Shown here: positions 27,415 through 36,769 of the stretch, one piece after another | Numbering within the stretch: position 1 is the first letter of the stretch | Layout: every line of letters starts with the position of its first letter | Assembly: GCA_036400935.1 (NCBI GenBank) | Contig: DASWWW010000002.1 | Coordinates: forward strand, 137,529 to 201,528 | Reading direction: 5' to 3' | DNA: 64,000 nt | From: Minisyncoccota bacterium | GTDB taxonomy: Bacteria; Patescibacteriota; Minisyncoccia; Phycocordibacterales; UBA6065 | Made by a program: the position numbers and the translations under genes | The notes under the pieces: model-generated | Told to the model about the DNA's origin: nothing | The model's input: only the letters and a program-made list of their open reading frames with translations | The model's database searches: none

Positions 27415-27592
27415 GCCTCCCGCACCTATCTATGGGCACGCATAAAGGCCTGCTGGCGGATTGCTCCTCCTTACAGGAGCAGTACACCTTTTGGACGGAG
27501 TACCGTCTCAAAAGGTCTTGCGACATGGGGCCCTATCCCATGTCTCACTCGCCCGTCGGCCTGCGCGAGGCCCATTTCGAGGTGCGGGAGGC
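27415..27592 (-). ncRNA. Candidate structured RNA or cruciform element (178 nt)
   Basis: Perfect 13-bp terminal inverted repeat GCCTCCCGCACCT, further stacked helices and three apical hairpins; strand only weakly inferred from G-U pairing. Confidence 0.5.
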
Positions 27593-27731
27593 TCAACTGT
27601 AGTTTTCCACAGGACCTAGACATACGGGACAAAAGTGCTATGATTTTTTCCGTATTGATCCCCTGGAGCCGAAACGACAGGCCTCGTTGCCCGTCGCAGA
27701 AGTTCCAAAGCTTAAAAACTGTTATTCCCGC

Positions 27732-27911
27732 ATGTCCTCCTCCCATCCCGACCTATCCTCACTGTCCACCGTGGAGCTCCGTCACATCGCCGAAAACGAC
27801 GGCGATCCCGCCAAGCGCCGTGCCGCCGAGCTGGTTCTCGACTCGCGCAAGCCCGCCGAAACGCCTCCCAGCGACGAGGCAGCCCTTCTGGGCCACGGTT
27901 GCCGAGCCTGA
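27732..27911 (+). CDS. Small hypothetical protein (59 aa)
   Basis: MSSSHPDLSSLSTVELRHIAENDGDPAKRRAAELVL...; extended -10 TGnTATGAT (27636-44) upstream, terminator AGGCGCACC...GGTGCGCCT-TTTT downstream. Confidence 0.55.
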   Translation: MSSSHPDLSSLSTVELRHIAENDGDPAKRRAAELVLDSRKPAETPPSDEAALLGHGCRA

Positions 27912-28173
27912 CCGGCAGTTACTTTTAAGCCAATCCAAGGCGCACCCATTCGGTGCGCCTTTTTATTTATCGATGAGCATTGATTTATCCTGAGATTGTT
28001 GTACCATCATCGCCAGAACGCGAAACGAATCTTGCGAAAAAAGTCCTAATTCTGGACTCAAAGATTCATCGCGTACCGCACTTATGGTAGCCCCCAGCTC
28101 ATCAGCGGCGCTTACTGCGCCCCCACCGACCTCTGGTCGTACGCTATCCGGAAAAGGAAGCCGCAGCGCGGAC

Positions 28174-28719
28174 ATGCCGCCTGAAGCAAAACTGCCTTTT
28201 TCCGTCAAAAAGGTCGCCCCGCTCGACGCCAGGCTCAAAGAGGGCGTGACAGTCCTACTCGACGTCGAAATTGCCTTCCACTCTGAAGAGGAGGCGGAGG
28301 GACGCACGGGCGAGACAGGCAAGAAAAAAGATCCCGTCCCGGCGATCTGGCTCGGCCTGACTTTCGAGCGAACGATACAGGACGAAAAGAAAAAGGACGG
28401 ACCCAAGGAAAGGGTCGTTCGCGTCGCCGCCGAGACCCAGGCGATACCGTACAGCACGATAGCGGAGGTGATCAACGTGAACATTCAGGCCCTGTTCGCG
28501 CACATGCTCAATCCAAGCCCGTCGGAGAGCGCCCTGCTGCTCGCATCGGCTGTCGAGCAGATCATCGAACAGGTGTCCATACGCTTCAGCGTGACAAATG
28601 AGATCATCTTTCAGCTCAAAGGCCTCGCCAAGGACGTGACCGGAGAGACTCCGGCTGCCGAACTCGTCGGACTTTCCAGCGATTTTAAGGAGATCTTCGT
28701 CGACCTCAAGAAGAAGTGA
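28174..28719 (+). CDS. Hypothetical protein
   Basis: Host-like codon usage from ATG 28174 (alternative start 28084); own promoter and terminator. Confidence 0.7.
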   Translation: MPPEAKLPFSVKKVAPLDARLKEGVTVLLDVEIAFHSEEEAEGRTGETGKKKDPVPAIWLGLTFERTIQDEKKKDGPKERVVRVAAETQAIPYSTIAEVINVNIQALFAHMLNPSPSESALLLASAVEQIIEQVSIRFSVTNEIIFQLKGLAKDVTGETPAAELVGLSSDFKEIFVDLKKK

Positions 28720-28774
28720 CGGCCTGAGAACGTCAACGCCCAACAGATTGTTGGGCGTTTTTTTATTATCCAAA

Positions 28775-29755
<981 letters not shown>

Positions 29756-29784
29756 AGTGGCGTGAGACTAATGAAGATAAGTAT

Positions 29785-29906
29785 ACGATAAAAGGCGAGA
29801 GTGTTCTTGAGAAAAGCCTCGGAAGGCGCGACGGCGCCGGACGGAGAAAAACTTCAGCGGAAGTTTTTCGTGCTTTTCGAGAGAACTACTCTCGCCTTTA
29901 TATCGT
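29785..29906. repeat. Long imperfect palindromic intergenic element (about 120 nt)
   Basis: AAAGGCGAGAGT-GTTCTT-GAGAAAAGC...GCTTTTC-GAGAGAAC-TACTCTCGCCTTT enclosing GAAAAACTTC-AGCG-GAAGTTTTTC. Confidence 0.75.
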
Positions 29907-30160
29907 TAAGCTTTCTTCTTAGCTGTTCGAGCCTTGAACTTCTCTACGCGGCCGGCCGTGTCGATAACGGTCTCGTTTCCGGTGTAGAAAGGATGAGAAG
30001 CCGATGAGATTTCAACCTGATAGAGAGGGTACTCCTTTCCGTCGGTCCACTTGTCGGTCTCCTTTGTCGCCACAGTAGAATTTATCAAAAAGCGGGTCTT
30101 CGACGAGTTATCGAGGAAGATCACTGGGCGGTAGTTATTTGGATGGGTTTCTTTCTTCAT
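29906..30160 (-). CDS. rpmE2: 50S ribosomal protein L31 type B
   Basis: MKKETHP...[12 protein letters not shown]...DTAGRVEKF. Confidence 0.95.
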   Translation of the reverse strand: MKKETHPNNYRPVIFLDNSSKTRFLINSTVATKETDKWTDGKEYPLYQVEISSASHPFYTGNETVIDTAGRVEKFKARTAKKKA

Positions 30161-30200
30161 ATAGGTCAAAACTATAGCTTAAACGCCGTTAAAATGCAAA

Positions 30201-31637
30201 TTAGAGCTGCAAAAGGAGGATGTCCTGCTCGATATCCTTTACCTTCTTCATGACCGAGTTTCCATAGCTGTTTCCGGCGGCGCTCGAGCAGCCTACGCCT
30301 CCGGCATAGTACTTGCAGGCGGCCTTCTTTTCGGCCGCGGCGGTCTGGAGGCCCGCGCCGAGATCCGAAAGCATGAAAGACGATGCGGTAATGGCATGCT
30401 GAGGGTTGAATGGGTCGGAAGCGCTCGAGAGGCCGAGAGCCTTGCGGATGCGGTCCTTGGACGAGTCGTAGCTATACGAAGGGGCCGGATAGCCGCCATA
30501 AAGCGCCCACGTCGATGGGATGAACTGTGTCGGGCCCAATCCGCCTCCCCATCCCGAAGGCTGTCCGGAGACGTAGTATGGGTACCAACACGCGATCGGC
30601 GTGTTTTTCGGATTGCGACCGAGCTGCTCGGTCAATTTTAGGAACGGCGCGACGTCGCGATCCGGCTTGAGCACGCGGATAGCCGTCGTATTCTTCTTTA
30701 CGTTAATGCCGGCGCCCGTAGCGTAATCTGTAATGAAGCAGTCTCCGATATGCTTGCCGAACACGTCGTTCTCGTCCTTTGACGATTCCTGCTGGAGGAT
30801 GGCGAGGAGGAAAGCCGGTCGGACAGCGGTTGTCTTCGAGGCCTTGAGCGCGTAATCATAGGCCTCACCGAAGGTGATCCCCTCTCCGTCCTGGAATTTG
30901 AAGAGGCGCGAGCGGATTTCGGCGACTTTCGCCTTCTTGTCGTCGGCGAGCTTCTGGGCGATGTTGTATTCGCCGGTTTTCAGGGCGAGGATGGCTGCCT
31001 TTTCGGTCTTCTTTCGCTCGATAAGCTTGCGCTCGCTCTCGATAGCCTCTCGGGCATTGGTTTCCCTGTCCTTGCGGTCCTCGAGGGTCTGGCGCTCGTT
31101 TTCGGTTTCGGCTTTCGATGCCTTTACCTCGTCGACAAGCCTGACGAGCTGCTTGTTCAAAGTGTAGAGCGTGTCCACCTCGGTATAGAAGTCGGAAAGG
31201 GATTCAGATCCAAGGAAGACAGCCGGCACCGAGACGGCGTCATGCATGTTGACCATCTTTACGATATCGCCGATCGACTGGGACTGCCTGTCGATCTGGC
31301 CCTGGAGGCTGGCTACGACCTGGGTTTTGGCGCCGATGTCCTTGGACAGCTTGCTGATGATGGTGTTCTGGAGCTTGATCTTCTGCTCGGCGAGCCTGAT
31401 CTCGGCATTGATGGCGTCGACGGCTGCCTGAGCGGTATCCTTTTCGCCCTTCTTTCCGGTCGCGGCGGCGAGGGACTTCTGGTATTCGGCGCATTCAGCG
31501 ACCGCCGCGGCGTCCGCCTTGGCTACCGGGCCGGCGCAGAATTCGACGATCGGATCGGTAGCAGCGAACGCAGGCGTAGCCAGAGCTAAGCCAAATGTGA
31601 AGACGCCAAAAGCCGATAACTTCTTGAGGTATGACAC
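30201..31637 (-). CDS. Secreted coiled-coil protein with C-terminal lytic-transglycosylase-like domain
   Basis: Signal peptide, long coiled coil, LLAILQQES, GPTQFIPSTW, DPFNPQHAI. Confidence 0.85.
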   Translation of the reverse strand: MSYLKKLSAFGVFTFGLALATPAFAATDPIVEFCAGPVAKADAAAVAECAEYQKSLAAATGKKGEKDTAQAAVDAINAEIRLAEQKIKLQNTIISKLSKDIGAKTQVVASLQGQIDRQSQSIGDIVKMVNMHDAVSVPAVFLGSESLSDFYTEVDTLYTLNKQLVRLVDEVKASKAETENERQTLEDRKDRETNAREAIESERKLIERKKTEKAAILALKTGEYNIAQKLADDKKAKVAEIRSRLFKFQDGEGITFGEAYDYALKASKTTAVRPAFLLAILQQESSKDENDVFGKHIGDCFITDYATGAGINVKKNTTAIRVLKPDRDVAPFLKLTEQLGRNPKNTPIACWYPYYVSGQPSGWGGGLGPTQFIPSTWALYGGYPAPSYSYDSSKDRIRKALGLSSASDPFNPQHAITASSFMLSDLGAGLQTAAAEKKAACKYYAGGVGCSSAAGNSYGNSVMKKVKDIEQDILLLQL

Positions 31638-31710
31638 CCGTCTATTTTACCATACCGACCCCTCCATCTGGGCAGCAAAAAACCAGCAGAAGCTGGTTTT
31701 TTGTGTTGTA

Positions 31711-32388
31711 TTATTTCTTCTTTGCGTCGGCTGCTGGAGCTGCTGCGTCTGCGCCTTCTGCTCCTTCCTTTGCCTCCTTGCCCTTCTTGGCGACCTCGAT
31801 AGCCGAGAGGTCTACTGGGGCTGCTGGCTCTTCCTCCTCTGCCTTTGGCTCTGCGACCGAAGCGATGATGTCGTCAGCGTTTACCGCGAGAGCTACGCCC
31901 GCTGGGAGAGCGATGTCCGAAGCCTTGATAGAAGACTTGAAATCGACGAGAGCCGAGATGTCTACGGCGATCTTGTGAGGGAGATCCTTTGGAAGGGCCT
32001 CGATCTCGATATCGTGGAGAACCTTGATAAGGGAGCCGCCGAGCTCCTTGATAGCCGGAGCCGTGCCGACGAACTCGAGAGGTACGCCCACCTTGATCTT
32101 CTTGCCCTTCTCGAAGACGTAGAAGTCAGCATGCATAGGCTTGCCGGTGACCGGATGGAGGTCCATGTCGTGGATGAGAGACTCGACCTCGATATCGTTG
32201 CCCTTGAGAACGACTACGGTCGATTCGCCGGCTGCCTTGTAGGCCTTTATGAAATCTACCGTAGCGATAGAGATAGGCGTAGAAGCCTCCTTCTTGCCGT
32301 AAAACACAGCAGGGATCTTGCCCGCCTTTCGCAAAGCGTTTACGTCTGCCTTCAAGTCCCTCTTCTCAACGTTTAGTGTAATTGCCAT
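31711..32388 (-). CDS. rplY: 50S ribosomal protein L25 (Ctc type)
   Basis: LRKAGKIPAVFYG, HPVTGKPMHADF. Confidence 0.96.
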   Translation of the reverse strand: MAITLNVEKRDLKADVNALRKAGKIPAVFYGKKEASTPISIATVDFIKAYKAAGESTVVVLKGNDIEVESLIHDMDLHPVTGKPMHADFYVFEKGKKIKVGVPLEFVGTAPAIKELGGSLIKVLHDIEIEALPKDLPHKIAVDISALVDFKSSIKASDIALPAGVALAVNADDIIASVAEPKAEEEEPAAPVDLSAIEVAKKGKEAKEGAEGADAAAPAADAKKK

Positions 32389-32557
32389 CCGATTAATTTA
32401 GCTTGTTATATAGGTTTATAAGTATATCCAGAATGGCTTAAAAGTAAAGGGCGCGAGGCTCTAATTGACAATAACCGAATTAATCGCAATATAAGTACCA
32501 AATGCTCCTTGGCAGCGATTTGGCCATGGCTATAAGGGATATGAGGCCCTTATAGCC

Positions 32558-33139
32558 ATGACTAAACTAATACTGAAAGTGCTCCTCGGCTGGTTCTTCG
32601 TAGCCAGCTTCCTCGGCGGGTTCGGCTACTTTATCCAGAAACCCGCGCGCGACATCGGCAAGATCACCACCGTCAGCGAGGTTATCTGGCTTCCAAAAAG
32701 CTACGTCCATGCGAACAAGCTTCCCGACGGCTCCTACGGCGCGATCGACTCGGTATCCTTCAATAGCATGACGATGTCAGTCGCCTTCGACGAGGCGTTC
32801 AAAGTGCGGGCCTCGCTTTCGGAACAAACGGTCGTGACGGTCACCTCGGAAGGAGTCCATTACGTGGCGACCTACGGTGGCATCGAGTACCGCGCGTTCT
32901 GGAGTCCCCTGCCAGGATCACCCGCCGCGCACAAGCGCCTTGGGGCAAGAATCCTCACCGACCATAACGTCATCTGGAAAGTGCAGGATTGTCACTCGCT
33001 AGCGCTGACAATCATATTCATCTGCATTATGGCGGCACTGATCGTTGTTCCGTTCAAAGGCATCAAAGCGGGTATGCGTAGCCTTTGGAAAGATACGCAA
33101 AAGCTCTTTCCCAAAGCTCCTGGGCTCGCCGCCTGCTAG
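32558..33139 (+). CDS. Hypothetical membrane protein (N- and C-terminal TM)
   Basis: Two hydrophobic segments; TTGACA at 32465; terminator near 33161-33190. Confidence 0.7.
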   Translation: MTKLILKVLLGWFFVASFLGGFGYFIQKPARDIGKITTVSEVIWLPKSYVHANKLPDGSYGAIDSVSFNSMTMSVAFDEAFKVRASLSEQTVVTVTSEGVHYVATYGGIEYRAFWSPLPGSPAAHKRLGARILTDHNVIWKVQDCHSLALTIIFICIMAALIVVPFKGIKAGMRSLWKDTQKLFPKAPGLAAC

Positions 33140-33262
33140 CAGTACGCCGCCGACAGTTCAAAACCATCGCCTCATCGCGATGGCTTTTTATTGAAAAATC
33201 TCACAAAACAAAAGCCGTGTAGTAAAACTACACGGCCGCGGGTCTGGTTAACCCGGCTTCTA

Positions 33263-33880
33263 CTATTTTTTCTTCCTCTTGGCCTTTTCAGCCTCCAAGA
33301 AGTCCTTCGCTGCTTTAAAGAGCTGCTCCCTACTGTCCTTATCCCACGGGAAATGGTCGCAGAGTATGTGATGAGCCATCTCACCCACAAACTGGATCCG
33401 CTCCCCAAGGGCCTCTATCTCTATCTTCTGATAATGCAGGGAGCACTTTAGCACCTCTTCGAGCTCGAGCGCCTCGGCGGACAGCTGGCCATGACCCTTG
33501 TCGAAAACCAGCATTGCCCACTGACTTTTCTCTCGCTCGAACCGCTTCTCGTCCCGGACTTTCTTGCGGGCAAGCCCATCGAGATGGCCCCCGACATACT
33601 TGACCGCCTCTTCCACCGAGTGCGTTGGATCAAGTCCGATAAGGGCACAGGTCCTCTGATGGTTGGCATACAACGTGAACCACGCCCGGTCCATATCGTT
33701 CTCGCGTTTCTCGACCTTGCGATAGTCCCAGAAGCGAAGCCGCGACACGCGGCCATTCTGACCGATATTCCGCTTTCTCATGGACACCTGCACCTCTTCT
33801 GACAAATGACCGATCATGGAGGCGAGAATTCGCGGATCGATATAGCGAACCGTCTGTTGTTTTTTAGCTACAGCATTCAT
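33263..33880 (-). CDS. Hypothetical protein (205 aa)
   Basis: ORF downstream of a perfect consensus promoter and structured leader. Confidence 0.65.
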   Translation of the reverse strand: MNAVAKKQQTVRYIDPRILASMIGHLSEEVQVSMRKRNIGQNGRVSRLRFWDYRKVEKRENDMDRAWFTLYANHQRTCALIGLDPTHSVEEAVKYVGGHLDGLARKKVRDEKRFEREKSQWAMLVFDKGHGQLSAEALELEEVLKCSLHYQKIEIEALGERIQFVGEMAHHILCDHFPWDKDSREQLFKAAKDFLEAEKAKRKKK

Positions 33881-34032
33881 GACGACGAACTCCTGAACCT
33901 AACGTGTTGCCTAAGTGGTATTTGATCAAAAGGCTTCCGCCCAATATCCCTCAACTTGAGAGACTACACGGGACTCTTGCCCCATGCCTCGATCAACAGA
34001 CAGAATGGCAACGTTATTCAGTCCTGAATACA

Positions 34033-34061
34033 ATTATACACCCAAATAATATATTTGTCAA
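34033..34061 (-). promoter_or_regulatory. Perfect sigma70 consensus promoter
   Basis: TTGACA (34061-56), 17 nt, TATAAT (34038-33). Confidence 0.85.
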
Positions 34062-34112
34062 TAACAAAAACGGCTCCGTTGAGCCGTTAAATGCTGCCGT
34101 ATGGCGCTTTAT

Positions 34113-34292
34113 CTAGAAAACCGCGAGATAGATAGCGATAGCAAAGAATACGATAGCCGCTATGAGCTGAATCTTGTTGGCGCTCGCCTCGTCCTTTGCC
34201 CAGCCTTTCGAGATGAGAAAGGCCGCGAACTTTGGGGTCTCGCTACCGCCGTAGTTTCGTGGAATGCCGCCTTCGTCGAATTGAACTCCCAT
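34113..34292 (-). CDS. Small membrane protein (59 aa)
   Basis: Below the ORF-track cutoff; MGVQFDEGGIPRNYGGSETPKFAAFLISKGWAKDEASANKIQLIAAIVFFAIAIYLAVF. Confidence 0.65.
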   Translation of the reverse strand: MGVQFDEGGIPRNYGGSETPKFAAFLISKGWAKDEASANKIQLIAAIVFFAIAIYLAVF

Positions 34293-34345
34293 GTGTTTAT
34301 TTTAAATATTTCTAAGTTCTTTTATTGTATCACGCCAAGCATCGC

Positions 34346-34684
34346 TTAAAATCCATTAGGATATTTCTCGAGAAGCCACGCAAGTGAACCCGTGAAGGCA
34401 AACCAGAACGCTCCTGGGGCAACGAGCCCGTAGAGAAAGACCGAGAGGCCTCGCGAAGGATAGCGCATAGTCACCTTATCGGAAACGACGATAACAATGC
34501 CTGCTGCCAAGACGGCGAGAAATGCCATACCCAAGAAAAGATATAGCCTGTGCGAACCATAAGGCTCGAGGATGGCGCCGAGAACGTAGCCTCGGGGCGA
34601 TCCAGGCGCAAGCCATATCCCATATATAAATCCGATAACCCAAAAACCGACGGTAGCTGAAGTAATTTTTTCTCCTTTGCTCAT
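34346..34684 (-). CDS. Hypothetical membrane protein
   Basis: Three hydrophobic segments; follows the FAD oxidase. Confidence 0.65.
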   Translation of the reverse strand: MSKGEKITSATVGFWVIGFIYGIWLAPGSPRGYVLGAILEPYGSHRLYLFLGMAFLAVLAAGIVIVVSDKVTMRYPSRGLSVFLYGLVAPGAFWFAFTGSLAWLLEKYPNGF

Positions 34685-34708
34685 ATATTTTATTAGCTGA
34701 TATCCGCC

Positions 34709-36361
34709 CTACCCTCGCGCGATATGATCCAGCATGTATTTCTTGGTCGCGCCGACTTTTTTGCCCGGATTGAGGATATTTGCCGGGTCGAAAGCCTTTT
34801 TCGTACGGTCAAAGAGCGCGATGACCTCGGGCCCGAACATTTTCGCCAGGTACGGCGTGCGGATGATGCCGTCGTTATGCTCTGCCGTGAGCGATCCCTT
34901 GTACGAGAGCACGAGATCGTAGACCTTATCCGAGACCTCGTCGATGATCGGCACGTTTTTCGGGTCCTTCATGTCCATGAGAGGGATGATGTGGAAATTT
35001 CCGTTGCCAGCATGGCCGGCGATGGTGTAGACGAGCTTGTAGTCGTCGAGAATTCGCCGCATCTTTGGCAAGAAGTCAGGCATGGCTGCCGGCGGTACGA
35101 CTATGTCGTCGATGAACGGCGCCGTTCGCCTGCCGTGGACGTGGCTTCGCAGGAGGTTGAAGCTCTCGCGGCGGATCGTCCAGTACTTTTCCGAGTCGAA
35201 TTCGTTTCTGGCGCGACGCATCTTGAAGCCGTAGCCTTTTATCTTGGCCTCGAGGGCGTTTATGGTCGCGTCGATCTCGGACTCGGTGTCGCCCGAGAAT
35301 TCGACAAGGAGGACGAGCTTTGGGAAGCCTCCGCCAAGAGCCATGAAGGCCTCGGGAATGAAGCTCCAGAGCAGGCGGAAGAAGTTGAGCTTCATGGTCT
35401 TGAGCATCGACGGCATGAATTTCACGGCGAGGGCCATAGTGCTGTCGTCATACGACTCGAGGCTTTCCGGGCCGAGCGGCAGGATGTCGTTTACGATCTG
35501 GCCGAGGCGGCTGATCTCCGGCATGAATACGACGAACAGTTTCGAAAGGGGCTTTATCGGCACGAGGCGGACCTTAACCTCGGTCACGATGCCAAGAGTT
35601 CCCTGCGATCCAACAAGGAGCTTTGTCATATCGAAAATTTCCGTCTGTGCATTCCAGACATTCCAGAGGTAGTAGCCGGCAGAGTTTTTAGAAACCTTCG
35701 GCTTTGCATCGGCGAGCAGGGGCGCATTGCGCGAGACCATATCCCAAACGCTGCGATAGACTTCCCCTTCGAAATCTTCTTGGGAAAGCTTTGCCCTGAG
35801 GCCCTCCTTGTCGAGAGGCTTCACCACGTATTCGTTGCCGTCCGAGAAAATCGCCTTGAGCTCGAGGATGTAGTCCTCCATTTTGCCGTATTTGAGCGTC
35901 TTCTCGCCCGCCGAGTTATTGCCGACCATGCCGCCGATGGTGTTCAGATTCTTCGAAGCCGTATAGCACGGGAGCATGATGCCGAGCCTTGCTGCCGCGG
36001 GCTCGAAATCGCGGTAGAAAGTTCCGGGAAGGACGCGTGCAGACTCTTTCGTGAGGTCGAGGATGCCGTGCATGAATCGCGTAACGTCGAGGATGATCGA
36101 GTCATTGAGAGGGCCGCCAGCCATGCAGGTTCCGGCCGATCGGACGGTTACGGAAAGGTCGGGATATGCGGTTTTGTTTATGCGGACGAAATGAACGACC
36201 GCCTTTATGTCGTTTGCGTCCTTTGGGAAGAGGACGATCTTCGGCTTAACCTCGAGCAGACTGGCGTCATGGCTGAACGTCGTCAGGACGGCCGCCGAAT
36301 CCTCGATATCGCCTTTGAAATTATCCTTAAGAAACGATTTGAGCGCTGTGATTGAATCCAT
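34709..36361 (-). CDS. FAD-linked oxidase (GlcD/D-lactate dehydrogenase-like)
   Basis: VRSAGTCMAG, TIGGMVGNNSAG, GSQGTLG, GHAGNGNFH, AEHNDG, FDPANILNPGK. Confidence 0.92.
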   Translation of the reverse strand: MDSITALKSFLKDNFKGDIEDSAAVLTTFSHDASLLEVKPKIVLFPKDANDIKAVVHFVRINKTAYPDLSVTVRSAGTCMAGGPLNDSIILDVTRFMHGILDLTKESARVLPGTFYRDFEPAAARLGIMLPCYTASKNLNTIGGMVGNNSAGEKTLKYGKMEDYILELKAIFSDGNEYVVKPLDKEGLRAKLSQEDFEGEVYRSVWDMVSRNAPLLADAKPKVSKNSAGYYLWNVWNAQTEIFDMTKLLVGSQGTLGIVTEVKVRLVPIKPLSKLFVVFMPEISRLGQIVNDILPLGPESLESYDDSTMALAVKFMPSMLKTMKLNFFRLLWSFIPEAFMALGGGFPKLVLLVEFSGDTESEIDATINALEAKIKGYGFKMRRARNEFDSEKYWTIRRESFNLLRSHVHGRRTAPFIDDIVVPPAAMPDFLPKMRRILDDYKLVYTIAGHAGNGNFHIIPLMDMKDPKNVPIIDEVSDKVYDLVLSYKGSLTAEHNDGIIRTPYLAKMFGPEVIALFDRTKKAFDPANILNPGKKVGATKKYMLDHIARG

Positions 36362-36369
36362 GCGAGATA

Positions 36370-36696
36370 TTATACCCCAATAGCTTTCTCGAGGCGCACG
36401 ATGCGGACGTCATGGCCGCGATACATGCCTGTCAGCTCGTCGAATTTGAATTCGAGCGTATCAAGCCTCCCTTTGACCCCGCGCATGTCATCCTTCAAGT
36501 CTGAGACATCCGATTTCAGCTCATACAGGGACTGCTCCGTAGACTTTTTGAAAGGCTCGAACTCGTCTCTGGTTACCATATTCTTATCCAGATACTTGAA
36601 CAGCGAATCAAAAGCATCCGTCACGGTCGTGACGATCTCTTTTATGTCTGCCTTGGTAGCCACCTCAGATCCTGAATTTTGATCGCTGTCCTTCAT
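36370..36696 (-). CDS. Hypothetical coiled-coil protein
   Basis: ATKADI...VTRDEF...heptad repeats...RIVRLE; start at ATG 36696 after TATAAT. Confidence 0.7.
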   Translation of the reverse strand: MKDSDQNSGSEVATKADIKEIVTTVTDAFDSLFKYLDKNMVTRDEFEPFKKSTEQSLYELKSDVSDLKDDMRGVKGRLDTLEFKFDELTGMYRGHDVRIVRLEKAIGV

Positions 36697-36769
36697 ACAA
36701 AAATTATATCGACCCAATAGACGCAGTAAAGGAAAAATATCAGCGGGCAATAATCGAGATAAAATTTTC

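Noticed and set aside
28136-28173. TCCGGAAAAGGAAGCCGCAGC resembling SRP RNA domain IV (CCGGAAGGAAGCAGC)
   Set aside because: Loop is 6 nt rather than GGAA and the upstream CAGG of the symmetric loop is missing.
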